From assembly GCA_043797085.1 (NCBI GenBank), contig JAZDQA010000011.1, positions 1-64,000 on the forward strand: a stretch of DNA of 64,000 bases, given 5' to 3'. Position numbers and translations under genes: made by a program. Positions 21,643-31,109 of the stretch are shown here, piece after piece; within the stretch, counting starts at the first letter, position 1, and every line of letters starts with the position of its first letter. The notes under the pieces were generated by a model. That model searched no databases and was not told where the DNA came from. It saw only the letters and a list, made by a program, of their open reading frames with translations. The DNA comes from Pseudomonadota bacterium. GTDB taxonomy: Bacteria; Campylobacterota; Campylobacteria; Campylobacterales; Sulfurimonadaceae.

Positions 21643-23466
21643 TTGAGTCTTTTTGACCAAAAAGCATTATTAATGTCGATCCATCCTTTTGACCTTTTGG
21701 GTGAGAGGATGATTGAACAGCTGATGACCCAGATGGATATTGCGTATTATCCCAAGGAGACGGTTTTGATCGCTCCGAGGGTTCGCGCTCAATCGCTTTA
21801 TATTATTATAAAAGGGATTGTCAACGAAACCATCGAAGGTGAACTCCAAAATGTGTATGGAGAGCGTGACAGTTTCGACCCAAACGCTCTCATATATGGC
21901 AATACCGACAGTACTTTTAGTGTGGCAGAAGATCTCATCTGTTATGAACTTCCCAAAGAGTCATTTCTTAACCTCCTCCAAGACGTCGAATCTTTTCAAA
22001 ACTACTTCATGCAAGACTTCATCACCAAACATCAAAACCTAAAAGAGCGTCAGCATCAAAATGAATTGACACCTTTTATGGTTGCTCGTGTCGATGAAAT
22101 TTACCTGCATACACCTTGTTTTGTAGATAGTACGACCACGATTAAAGAAGCATTGCGAAACATGGCAGATCAAAATGCGGATGTTATTTTAGTTCGTGAT
22201 GAAAAATCCATAGGGATTGTAACCGATACGAATTTACGTGAAAAAGTATTGTTAGCCGAAAAAAGTACGCAAGACCCCATCGGTGAGATTGCAACCTATG
22301 GTCTCGTGAGTATTGAGCGGAGTGATTTTCTCTTTAACGCACTGCTTCTTTTCACGAAACATGGAGTCAAACGTCTGATTGTGGTAGAGAATGAAAAGAT
22401 AGTGGGAATTTTGGAGCAGCTTGATTTATTAAGTCACTTTGCTAACCATACTCATCTCATTGCTGCGTCTATCGATCGTGCAGTGACCATTGATGAACTT
22501 GAAAATGCACAACGCTCCTTGACACATCTTGTAAGTTCATTGACGACTAAAGGGGTGAAGGTTCGCTATATCTCAAAGTTGGTGAGTGAACTCAATGCCA
22601 AAATGTACCGTAAAGTATTTGAGATGGTCGTTCCGCAAGACCTTCAGACTAAGTGTGCCCTCATCGTGATGGGAAGCGAGGGGAGAGGTGAGCAGATATT
22701 GCGAACCGATCAAGACAACGCGCTGATACTTCGTGATAGTGAAGATGAAGCAAAATTTGAATCCTACATGATGACGTTTAATGAATATTTACTGCAATTA
22801 GGATTTCCAAAATGCAGCGGTAATGTCATGGTGAGCAATCCCTACTGGCGCCGAAGCGTTGCGGGATACAAAGAAATTATTTCCCAGTGGGTTGAGACAC
22901 TTAATGAAGAGTCGCTCATGGCGCTTTCGATCTTTTTGGATGCTTCATGCGTAGCAGGAGATGAGAGTTTATTGATCGAGTGCAGAGAGTATTTGAATGA
23001 GCATTTCGAGGGTCGCAACGATGTCTTGGCGCATTTGGCAAAATCGGCACTTGCTTTTGAAACTCCGTTGAGCCTCTTTTCAGGGTTCGTTTTAGGGCGA
23101 GCCTTGCATGAGGGTGAACTGGATATCAAAAAAGGAGGTATTTTCGCGATTGTTCACGGTGTTCGTATTTTGGCTTTGGAGCATAAAATCGAGTATACGA
23201 ATACGACAGAGCGGATTAAAGAACTCAACAATGTGGGATTGTTTGATAAACGGTTTGCCAGTGAACTGATCGAGGCATACGATACCTTGCTGGAAATACG
23301 TTTGCGCTCGATGCTATCCCAAAAGCAAAAGAGTGGAGAGCAAAACTACGTAAATCCAAAGCTCTTTAGTAAAACCGATCGGGATTTACTCAAAGATGCA
23401 TTTAAAATCGTTAATACGTTCAAGAAATTTCTCACGTACCATTTTCATTTAGGAATGGTTGTGTGA
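21643..23466 (+). CDS. cNMP-binding/CBS/DUF294 putative nucleotidyltransferase
   Basis: CBS pair, MGSEGRGEQ..TDQDN nucleotidyltransferase motif, DIKKGG in the C-terminal domain. Confidence 0.9.
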   Translation: MSLFDQKALLMSIHPFDLLGERMIEQLMTQMDIAYYPKETVLIAPRVRAQSLYIIIKGIVNETIEGELQNVYGERDSFDPNALIYGNTDSTFSVAEDLICYELPKESFLNLLQDVESFQNYFMQDFITKHQNLKERQHQNELTPFMVARVDEIYLHTPCFVDSTTTIKEALRNMADQNADVILVRDEKSIGIVTDTNLREKVLLAEKSTQDPIGEIATYGLVSIERSDFLFNALLLFTKHGVKRLIVVENEKIVGILEQLDLLSHFANHTHLIAASIDRAVTIDELENAQRSLTHLVSSLTTKGVKVRYISKLVSELNAKMYRKVFEMVVPQDLQTKCALIVMGSEGRGEQILRTDQDNALILRDSEDEAKFESYMMTFNEYLLQLGFPKCSGNVMVSNPYWRRSVAGYKEIISQWVETLNEESLMALSIFLDASCVAGDESLLIECREYLNEHFEGRNDVLAHLAKSALAFETPLSLFSGFVLGRALHEGELDIKKGGIFAIVHGVRILALEHKIEYTNTTERIKELNNVGLFDKRFASELIEAYDTLLEIRLRSMLSQKQKSGEQNYVNPKLFSKTDRDLLKDAFKIVNTFKKFLTYHFHLGMVV

Positions 23467-24080
23467 TGTTTGAGTCAATGTTTCGCGGATGGAATCGCAG
23501 AGGTCTTCTTGACGCAAACTATGAGTGGCTTTTTGATGTGTATGACGGTGATGAAGTAGTCGTATTTGATACGGAAACGACAGGTTTGAATACTAGAAAA
23601 GATGCTGTTTTGAGTATCGGAGCAGTAAAGATTAAAGGGGACAAAATCCTCACGTCACAGAGTTTTGAAGTTTTTTTAAAACCTTCAAAAGAGATCAGCG
23701 TGGAGAGCATCAAAATCCACCATATTCGTCCCTGTGATTTAGAACATGCCATTGAGCCTTTAGAGGGGGTAAAAAAGTTTTTGGAATTTATCGGAAATCG
23801 CCCTCTTGTAGGCTATTATTTGGAGTTCGATATGGCGATGATCAATCGTCTGATCAAACCGTGGCTTGGGATCACGTTGCCCAACAAGCAAATCGAAGTT
23901 TCGGGGCTTTATTTTGATAAAAAAATTGCTTTGATTCCTCAAGGAAATATTGATTTACGCTTTGATACAATCCTCAAAGATTTGAAAATCCCAAGGATGG
24001 GACAGCACAACGCATTGAACGACGCGATCATGACTGCAATGGTCTATATAAAATTACAACACACTACAAAATTAAACTAA
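23463..24080 (+). CDS. DEDDh 3'-5' exonuclease (DnaQ-like)
   Basis: FDTETTG, FD, HNALNDA. Confidence 0.9.
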   Translation: MMFESMFRGWNRRGLLDANYEWLFDVYDGDEVVVFDTETTGLNTRKDAVLSIGAVKIKGDKILTSQSFEVFLKPSKEISVESIKIHHIRPCDLEHAIEPLEGVKKFLEFIGNRPLVGYYLEFDMAMINRLIKPWLGITLPNKQIEVSGLYFDKKIALIPQGNIDLRFDTILKDLKIPRMGQHNALNDAIMTAMVYIKLQHTTKLN

Positions 24081-24098
24081 ACACAAGGAGCATTAACA

Positions 24099-26057
24099 AT
24101 GAGCGATATCGTAAAACCAACTTTTCAACCTAACCGAGAGTTTGCAAAGCAAGCCCGCATTAAAAATATGTGTGAATACAACGACCTTCAAACATGGGCA
24201 CATGAGGATTACGAAGGATTTTGGGGTCATTTTGCGAATGAAAAAATTGACTGGTTTTCACCGTATACCCAAGTGCTCGATGAGAGCAATGCGCCGTTTT
24301 ACCAATGGTTCGTGAACGGAAAACTCAACGTTGCACACCAATGTATCGACCGTCATTTATCTTCACGCAAAAACAAAGCGGCGATCATTTTTGAAGGTGA
24401 CAGAGGCGATAAACAAATCATTACCTATCTTGAACTCTATTACAACGTCAATAAATTCGCGAACCTTCTGAAAAATGAATTCCACGTCAAAAAAGGGGAT
24501 CGCGTCGTCATCTATATGCCGATGATCCCTGAAGCGGCGTACGCGATGCTTGCATGTGCTCGTATCGGTGCGATCCACTCGATCGTTTTCGGCGGGTTCT
24601 CATCTGAAGCGTTGAAAGACCGTATCGAAGATGCCGAGGCAAAAGTGGTTATTACTGCTGATGGAGCATTCCGTAAAGACAAACCGTACATGCTCAAACC
24701 GGTCGTTGACCAAGCAATCGATGAAAAATCTCCGGTTGAGAAAGTTCTCGTAGTCGAGCGCAACAACGAAGACATCACATGGGTAGCGGGACGCGACTAT
24801 TCGTACAACGAACTCATCAAAAACCAATCAAGCATTTGTGAAGCCGAAGTTATGGATGCGGAAGACCCTCTTTTCCTACTCTACACCTCAGGCTCTACTG
24901 GAAAACCAAAAGGAGTTCAACACAACAGTGCTGGATATATCCTTTGGGCGCAAATGACGATGGAATGGGTATTTGATGTCAAAGAAAACGACACCTACTG
25001 GTGTACCGCAGACGTAGGCTGGATTACCGGACATACCTACATCGTCTATGGACCACTCGCGATGGGCGCGACGACGGTAATGTTCGAGGGTGTACCTACT
25101 TATCCCGATGCAGGGCGCCCATGGAAAATGGTCGAAGAGTACAAAATCAACCAATTCTACACCGCTCCGACTGCAATCCGCGTATTGCACAAAATGGGTG
25201 AAGATGAGCCGGCTAAATACGACTTGTCATCTCTCAAAGTCTTGGGTACAGTTGGTGAGCCTATCGATCCTCCGGCATGGAAATGGTACTACGAAGCAGT
25301 CGGTGGAAGCAAATGTGCAATCGTCGATACCTACTGGCAAACGGAAACGGGAGGACATATCGTCTCTCCATTGCCGGGTGCAACGCCGATCAAACCTGCA
25401 TGTGCGACCTTCCCGCTTCCGGGTATCATCGCTGAAATCCTTGATCCTCAAACGGGTATCAAAGTCGAAGCAGGCGAGCCAGGTTATATGTGTGTAACCC
25501 GTCCTTGGCCATCTATGATTCGTGGAATCTGGGGTGATCCTGAGCGTTTCGTGAAATCGTATTTCGGTGATGTGAAAAAAGAGGGTCAGCCGGTATACTT
25601 TACCGGTGACGGCGCAATCTACGACGAAGAGGGCTACATCACGATTACCGGACGTACCGATGACGTTATCAACGTTTCGGGTCACCGTATGGGAACCGCA
25701 GAAGTTGAAGCGGCATGTAAAAAACACCCCAACGTCGCGGAAGTAGCCGTTGTCGGTAAACCGCACGAGATAAAAGGCGAGGGAATCTTCGCCTACATCG
25801 TCCTCAAAAGCGAAGACACCGTCGGTGAAGAGATGGAAATGGTCAAAGAGATCAACAAAGTGATCATGAAAGAGATCGGTAACATTGCGATTTGTGATGA
25901 CATCGTTTTCGTTCCCGGCCTGCCAAAAACTCGCTCAGGTAAAATCATGCGCCGCATCCTTCGCTCTATCGCGAAAGGTGAAGCGATCACTCAGGATATC
26001 TCGACTCTCGAAGATCCAAGTATCGTTGCAACTATCGAAGCAAAAGTAAAAGGGTAA
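24099..26057 (+). CDS. acs: Acetyl-CoA synthetase
   Basis: [28 protein letters not shown]. Confidence 0.97.
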   Translation: MSDIVKPTFQPNREFAKQARIKNMCEYNDLQTWAHEDYEGFWGHFANEKIDWFSPYTQVLDESNAPFYQWFVNGKLNVAHQCIDRHLSSRKNKAAIIFEGDRGDKQIITYLELYYNVNKFANLLKNEFHVKKGDRVVIYMPMIPEAAYAMLACARIGAIHSIVFGGFSSEALKDRIEDAEAKVVITADGAFRKDKPYMLKPVVDQAIDEKSPVEKVLVVERNNEDITWVAGRDYSYNELIKNQSSICEAEVMDAEDPLFLLYTSGSTGKPKGVQHNSAGYILWAQMTMEWVFDVKENDTYWCTADVGWITGHTYIVYGPLAMGATTVMFEGVPTYPDAGRPWKMVEEYKINQFYTAPTAIRVLHKMGEDEPAKYDLSSLKVLGTVGEPIDPPAWKWYYEAVGGSKCAIVDTYWQTETGGHIVSPLPGATPIKPACATFPLPGIIAEILDPQTGIKVEAGEPGYMCVTRPWPSMIRGIWGDPERFVKSYFGDVKKEGQPVYFTGDGAIYDEEGYITITGRTDDVINVSGHRMGTAEVEAACKKHPNVAEVAVVGKPHEIKGEGIFAYIVLKSEDTVGEEMEMVKEINKVIMKEIGNIAICDDIVFVPGLPKTRSGKIMRRILRSIAKGEAITQDISTLEDPSIVATIEAKVKG

Positions 26058-26064
26058 CTTCTAC

Positions 26065-26110
26065 CCGTTCACCCTGAGCCCAAGTGCCCTTTGGGTAAGT
26101 CGAAGGGTGA
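26065..26110 (+). repeat. REP-like palindrome, family A (CCGTTC..CTGAGC..GTCGAAGGG) with an internal insertion
   Basis: ccgttcaccctgagc[ccaagtgccctttgggtaa]gtcgaagggtga; related to 27900-27963 and 30436-30466. Confidence 0.7.
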
Positions 26111-26121
26111 GCTTTCGCTCC

Positions 26122-26149
26122 CGTCATTCCGTGATACGACACGGAATCC
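26122..26149 (+). repeat. CGTC-tagged palindrome, family B variant
   Basis: cgtc-attccgtg-atacga-cacggaat-cc; same architecture as the 37387 and 38391 copies. Confidence 0.7.
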
Positions 26150-26386
26150 ATCCCCTAAATATTTGCTTTTTTTATAATTTTTAGCTATTCTATTCTGACA
26201 GAATAAAACGGGATAATGAGAAAAATGATAACCGAAGTTAAGTTCATTACCTCTAGTCAACTTGTCACATTTTTTTTAATTTCAAACTGATAAAGCTACG
26301 GGACGAGGATGTTTTCAACCTCGATGGTGTCCTTCCGAAGATGCTTTTGAAGTTTGGGGTACAGACGTATTAAAAAGGGAAACTAA

Positions 26387-27292
26387 GTGGAAAAACAATT
26401 TCGATATTATTTAGGTCGAATAACAAAAGGTGGCGTATTAAAAACAAATGATCTTATTGATGCAATTATGCAGCCAATGATTATTTCAAAAAAAGAATAT
26501 AGTTATACATTTGCTAATATGCAATATGATCGAAGTCGAAATTTTATATTTGGCAAATTAGTTAAGTTTAAACCTGAGGGGAAAGTTGAGACCTTAGAAC
26601 CAGAGCAACACCTTGAGTCAACACTTAATACTCCTAATAAAAGAGAGTCATCTAGTGCATTTATAATTGTTCTAGATTATATGGGGATTGTATATCCGCA
26701 TATTTGGAATTCTTTGCTAAAAGATCAATTTGAACGATATTTTGCAGATTTAATTCATGAAAAACATGACAATTTTTTTGTCAGTTGCGATATTGATCCA
26801 ATTGTAGATTTGAGATCTTTTGTAGAACATATTTCGCATATGGATAAAGTTGACAAAATTAGTGCAACGGTTGTGCCACCAAACCCTTTGTTCGGTCCTG
26901 TATGGAAAGATTTGAAAGAGTATATGGAAGGACGAGGAAGTGGAGAACTAACCATAAATGAAAAATCAAAGTATATTAATGGTATCAAAACTAAAATTAT
27001 GGATATTGTTACATCTGTATTTGAAGCAGAAAAGATGAATGATTCTGAGCAAAAAAATAAGTTCTTTGAAAATAAAAAATTTGATATTTCAGATGCAGCA
27101 ATTTTAATGGCAGCTGATGGATATGGACGCGCCAGAATTGAAGGTTCAAGTGGAAAAGATAAAGTAGTTATTAGGACAAAAGATAATCAGAAAAGTTTTT
27201 TATTTGATAAAGATCCAAATATTAATGATTTATTTGAGTTGGCTTTAGAAGAGTTTGAAAAAATAAATGGAGAAAGATATCTTAACCATTAA
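26387..27292 (+). CDS. Hypothetical soluble protein (possibly DUF4747-like)
   Basis: 301 aa, GTG start after an AAAGGGA RBS, AT-rich; PPNP and AADGYGRARIEG motifs. Confidence 0.75.
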   Translation: MEKQFRYYLGRITKGGVLKTNDLIDAIMQPMIISKKEYSYTFANMQYDRSRNFIFGKLVKFKPEGKVETLEPEQHLESTLNTPNKRESSSAFIIVLDYMGIVYPHIWNSLLKDQFERYFADLIHEKHDNFFVSCDIDPIVDLRSFVEHISHMDKVDKISATVVPPNPLFGPVWKDLKEYMEGRGSGELTINEKSKYINGIKTKIMDIVTSVFEAEKMNDSEQKNKFFENKKFDISDAAILMAADGYGRARIEGSSGKDKVVIRTKDNQKSFLFDKDPNINDLFELALEEFEKINGERYLNH

Positions 27293-27293
27293 A

Positions 27294-27758
27294 ATGTACA
27301 AATTTAAAGATTTAATGCAATTTATTTTACCTGAAGTAGTAGTCGGAATTATAGTTGCAATTATATTACTCATGTTTCCTGATATTATAGGTTTCGCTTC
27401 AACATATCTATTCAATGATAATATGAAATGGGATGATTATTTAAAATTGCTTGGATTACCAAGTACAATACTTGTTTTGACATATAACTTTGGTGATAAA
27501 ATTTTGAATCCAGAAGATGCAATAAATAGAAAAAAATTGAAACAATGGACTGGATATTGGATGTTAAAAAATCGAGTCTATTACAGTATTATTGTCTCAT
27601 TTTTAGTTTTATGCGGAAGTATTATTTGTTGGTACTATACACTAAATGTAAATATAGAGAAAGGAACAATTGTCCTTTTGTGTTTATGGTCAATTTCTTT
27701 AACTTCATTTTCAACGGTAGCACTAGCAAAATTAGCTATAAAAGATATATTGTATTGA
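27294..27758 (+). CDS. Hypothetical membrane protein with about 4 TM segments
   Basis: ATG one base after the upstream stop (alternative start 27267); four hydrophobic segments; AT-rich. Confidence 0.75.
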   Translation: MYKFKDLMQFILPEVVVGIIVAIILLMFPDIIGFASTYLFNDNMKWDDYLKLLGLPSTILVLTYNFGDKILNPEDAINRKKLKQWTGYWMLKNRVYYSIIVSFLVLCGSIICWYYTLNVNIEKGTIVLLCLWSISLTSFSTVALAKLAIKDILY

Positions 27759-27899
27759 TTTTGGAAAGGTAATGATAGTCATTTATTATCCTAAAAATAG
27801 CAATAAATATGTTAACATTAAATGATAACCAAATGGAGCTTATGTGGGTGATTTAGAATAGACGGTGAGATATTCGCGATAGATAATGAGTGATTTTTT

Positions 27900-27963
27900 C
27901 CGTTCGTAGTGAGCTTGTCGAACTATGAACTTTCTTACCCTTCGACAAGCTCAGGGCGAACGG
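27900..27963. repeat. Inverted dimer (REPIN-like) of family A palindromes
   Basis: ccgttcgtagtgagcttgtcgaac...cccttcgacaagctcagggcgaacgg forms one long hairpin. Confidence 0.8.
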
Positions 27964-27989
27964 GACTAAACTTGATAAACTTATTTTGA

Positions 27990-28103
27990 AGCAGTGTTAT
28001 AATTACACATGGATTTATAAAAAAGACGCAAAAAACTCCGCGAAGAGAAATAGACCGCGCAAAAGCGCTTCGTTCAGCTCATACAGAAAAGGAGAGCAAA
28101 TGA
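27990..28103 (+). pseudogene. C-terminal remnant of a RelE/HigB (Gp49-like) toxin
   Basis: Unannotated frame reads VIITHGFIKKTQKTPRREIDRAKALR...*, with an in-frame TGA at 27987 and no start codon. Confidence 0.75.
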
Positions 28104-28216
28104 CGAATTACGAACAATTAAAAGCAAAAAAAATGGAAAGTGCAACATTTAAGCGTTTTTATGACCTTGCCATGGGGCGAAAAAACGGGGGCTTACTGTT
28201 TCAAATAGAAAAGTAG
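28100..28216 (+). pseudogene. Truncated HigA-like antitoxin N-terminus
   Basis: AAGGAG RBS and ATGA overlap with the toxin stop; MTNYEQLKAKKMESATFKRFYD; ends at 38 aa before any HTH. Confidence 0.55.
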
Positions 28217-28363
28217 GGCGTATGATGACCCCTAAAAATCCTCCTCTCTCCGATCAGCTAAAAGCTATCTAAATAGTTCTCCCTCGCTTTGGCGGGAATC
28301 AATTTCTTCATGTATTTACTAAGCCCCCTTATGCCATAATCCCACACTTACAAGGGAGTTTTC

Positions 28364-28891
28364 ATGGCGGCAGGTTCGACGATTTATAAAGTACAGCTTA
28401 GCATAGCCGATATGGATTGTAACTACTACGAGACGCATGAGATTACGATAGCCCAGCACCCCTCCGAAACCGATCAGCGTCTTATGATTCGTCTTGCTGC
28501 TTTTGCCCTTAATGCGTCTGATCGACTCGTGATTACCAAAGGGATCGGGGGAGAAGATGAGCCGCAAGTTTGGGAGAAAAACTACGGTGGTGACATCGAG
28601 CTTTGGATTGATCTTGGGCAAGTGGATGAGAAACGGCTTCGAAAAGCGTGTGGGCGTGCGGAGAGGGTGATTGTTTATACGTATAACCTCAAAAGTGCCA
28701 CTGCATGGTGGAGACAGTACGGAGCACTGTTCGCGCGGTTTAAAAATCTTTCGGTGATTCATCTGCATTCAGAGGGTCTTGAAAAATTATCTGATCGGTC
28801 GATGCGATTGCAATGCAATATTAGCGATAGAGAATTGAGTTTTCATAGCGATCTTGGAGATGTAACTATAACGCAAGAAATTTGGCAATAA
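28364..28891 (+). CDS. yaeQ: YaeQ family protein
   Basis: AQHPSET..RLMIRL, DEP, WIDLGQ.DEKRLRKA. Confidence 0.9.
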   Translation: MAAGSTIYKVQLSIADMDCNYYETHEITIAQHPSETDQRLMIRLAAFALNASDRLVITKGIGGEDEPQVWEKNYGGDIELWIDLGQVDEKRLRKACGRAERVIVYTYNLKSATAWWRQYGALFARFKNLSVIHLHSEGLEKLSDRSMRLQCNISDRELSFHSDLGDVTITQEIWQ

Positions 28892-28974
28892 AATTGTGCT
28901 TCAACTCTCCTTTATCTTTAAATATATTTCCATTGGTTATACTCACATATCAATTTTAAAATAATGGATTATTC

Positions 28975-29694
28975 ATGCGCGCAAAAATAGGAACATTTAA
29001 AAATAGTATTGCAACGTTGGAATTAACAGAACGAACTCTTTATCAAAATACTCTAATTTTAGGTGAAGAGGGTTCGGGTAAAACTCATTTGGCGAATAAG
29101 ATTCGCCATTTCGTTATGGCATGCGGTATTCCTACTCTCTATCTTGATTTTTCAGATCCTTCTATAGATCAAATCGAAGATAAATTTAAAATAGACGAAG
29201 CCTTTTTTTATCTCCGTTTTGATGAGAGTGAAGAGTTTGATACGGCACTCAACAAGGCAATTGCAGAGGGTAAAAATATTTATATGGCAGTAAATCCGAA
29301 CTATTTCGCGTCAAAACGCAATATAAAAAGTAAGCTTTCTCAAATGATTCAAAAGCCTGAACTCTTAGAAAAATATTATTATTTCTTTCATGAAATTGCA
29401 AATCTTGACGGTTTTTATACCAAATTTGAAGATTTCCTTTATTATATTTTCGATCTTGTGAATCTGAAAAAATTCGGATTTACCTTTTTAACGCAACCTC
29501 ATGAAACGTTTGAAGATCCGCGCATTAAACTGCTCTTTACTTTCTTGTATTTGGGACGATGTTCGAATGCCCATTATTACAATACGTCGGTATTGCGAAG
29601 CTTAGCCACGAATACATTTTATTACCAATATCGTATGGATAACCGATCGTTGTTATTCAATCAAATCAAAAGTGATATTGCAATCATTGATTAA
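28975..29694 (+). CDS. P-loop NTPase-like protein (HerA/VirB4-like, degenerate)
   Basis: Walker A GEEGSGKT; Walker-B-like position reads FFHE; KKFG..FLTQ motif. Confidence 0.65.
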   Translation: MRAKIGTFKNSIATLELTERTLYQNTLILGEEGSGKTHLANKIRHFVMACGIPTLYLDFSDPSIDQIEDKFKIDEAFFYLRFDESEEFDTALNKAIAEGKNIYMAVNPNYFASKRNIKSKLSQMIQKPELLEKYYYFFHEIANLDGFYTKFEDFLYYIFDLVNLKKFGFTFLTQPHETFEDPRIKLLFTFLYLGRCSNAHYYNTSVLRSLATNTFYYQYRMDNRSLLFNQIKSDIAIID

Positions 29695-29715
29695 TTATTA
29701 AAGGAGACAGAGAGT

Positions 29716-30426
29716 ATGGGAAGAGCGTTCGAATATCGTAAAGCAGCAAAAATGAAGCGATGGGGAAATATGTCCCGAGTGTTTCCAAAGCTGGGTAAAA
29801 TTATCACAATGGCAGCCAAAGAAGGTGGTGATGATCCTAGCATGAACCCGAAATTGCGCAGTGCCATCATGACAGCAAAAGCGCAAAATATGCCAAAAGA
29901 CAATATTGATGCGGCGATAAAAAGAGCTTCAGGCAAAGATGCTATTTCATTGGCTGAGATGAACATTGAGGGGAAAGCTCCTCATGGTGCACTTATTTTT
30001 GTCGAATGTGCTACCGATAACAATGCCCGTACGATTTCGAACATCCGAACGATTTTTGGCCGTGCAAAAGGGGAAACTCTCAACAATGGTGCACTGGAAT
30101 TTATGTTTAATCGCAAAGCGGTCTTTCGATTTCCAACACCGTCTATTGATCTTGAAGAGCTTGAGCTTACGCTGATTGATGCAGGGTTGGATTCACTAGA
30201 AGAAGAAGAAGAGGGTGAAGTAAGTGTGTATGGTGAGTATACAGCATTTGGTGCGCTCTCATCTGCTCTTGAAGAATTGGGAATTGAACCTGCAAGTGCT
30301 GCACTGGAACGTATCCCCAGTGTTCCGGTAGAATTTACCGATGAACAGATGGCGGATATCGAAAAGCTCATTGATAAACTCGAAGAAGATGAAGACGTTC
30401 AGGCTGTTTATACGAATATCGGGTAA
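29716..30426 (+). CDS. yebC: YebC/PmpR family protein
   Basis: [32 protein letters not shown]. Confidence 0.95.
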   Translation: MGRAFEYRKAAKMKRWGNMSRVFPKLGKIITMAAKEGGDDPSMNPKLRSAIMTAKAQNMPKDNIDAAIKRASGKDAISLAEMNIEGKAPHGALIFVECATDNNARTISNIRTIFGRAKGETLNNGALEFMFNRKAVFRFPTPSIDLEELELTLIDAGLDSLEEEEEGEVSVYGEYTAFGALSSALEELGIEPASAALERIPSVPVEFTDEQMADIEKLIDKLEEDEDVQAVYTNIG

Positions 30427-30435
30427 ATTCTAACG

Positions 30436-30466
30436 GTTCACCCTTCGAGGGCCTCAGGGCTTTCGG
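30436..30466 (-). repeat. Family A palindrome copy overlapping the 3' end of the SLT gene
   Basis: Reverse complement ccgaaagccctgaggccctcgaagggtgaac matches the family A pattern and contains the gene's TGA. Confidence 0.6.
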
Positions 30467-31109
30467 TTACTTCTTCTTTATTTTTACCATGATGAATCGT
30501 TGCATCCAACAGGAGTGTTTTAGCAAAATGATCTTTTGTTCCCCTTGGAAATGCAGGGTCCCTTAAGAGGACCGAAATTTTCTTGCTTCCATTTTTTTTG
30601 ATGAGACGTTTGAGTTTCATTTCTCCCATTCCATAAGCAAAATCAGCTAAATACCAACTGCCAAATTCTTTTTTCAAATCTTTGATATAGAAAATAGCCG
30701 CATCAGTTGAGCGGCAGACATCGGTTCTCTCATCATTCCCTTTTTTGATCGTAAGCCCGTACGTACGTCCTGATTGCGCCATAAACTGCCATAACCCTGC
30801 CGTTCCATTTCCGCGAACATCACTTCTAAAATTGGATTCACAATAGGGGATCAGTGAGAAAAAGAGAGGGATATTGGCTTCTTCAAATTTTTTGGCAATC
30901 GTAGCATGCTCTTCTTTGGTTACCGTATATCGTTTCATATGGCTTTTATAACTTGTAGCATATTTGTCACGGATTTCATTGAGGGCATTTATATCTTCGT
31001 AAGATTCCTCTGATCCTATAGAGCGCAATGAGTCATTGAGTGCTTTTGATGAGGGTTGAGCATGCGCTAATGCACAGACAGCGATAAGCGCTAACAGAAA
31101 CTTTATCAT
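30438..31109 (-). CDS. Lytic transglycosylase (MltD-type SLT domain, no LysM)
   Basis: Signal peptide, ES catalytic motif, AGLWQFM, DER.D. Confidence 0.85.
   Translation of the reverse strand: MIKFLLALIAVCALAHAQPSSKALNDSLRSIGSEESYEDINALNEIRDKYATSYKSHMKRYTVTKEEHATIAKKFEEANIPLFFSLIPYCESNFRSDVRGNGTAGLWQFMAQSGRTYGLTIKKGNDERTDVCRSTDAAIFYIKDLKKEFGSWYLADFAYGMGEMKLKRLIKKNGSKKISVLLRDPAFPRGTKDHFAKTLLLDATIHHGKNKEEVTESPEALEG

Noticed and set aside
24363..25990. Several antisense ORFs up to 179 aa within acs
   Set aside because: Expected from the codon bias of a highly expressed gene; no RBS or motifs.
26069..26260. 63-aa minus-strand ORF after acs
   Set aside because: It runs through the palindromic repeats; probably spurious.
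27986..28216. 76-aa ORF in the track taken as a real gene
   Set aside because: Its first half overlaps the toxin remnant in another frame. Only the part from ATG 28100, which has an RBS, looks genuine.
28319..28768. 149-aa minus-strand ORF
   Set aside because: Antisense to the well-supported yaeQ.
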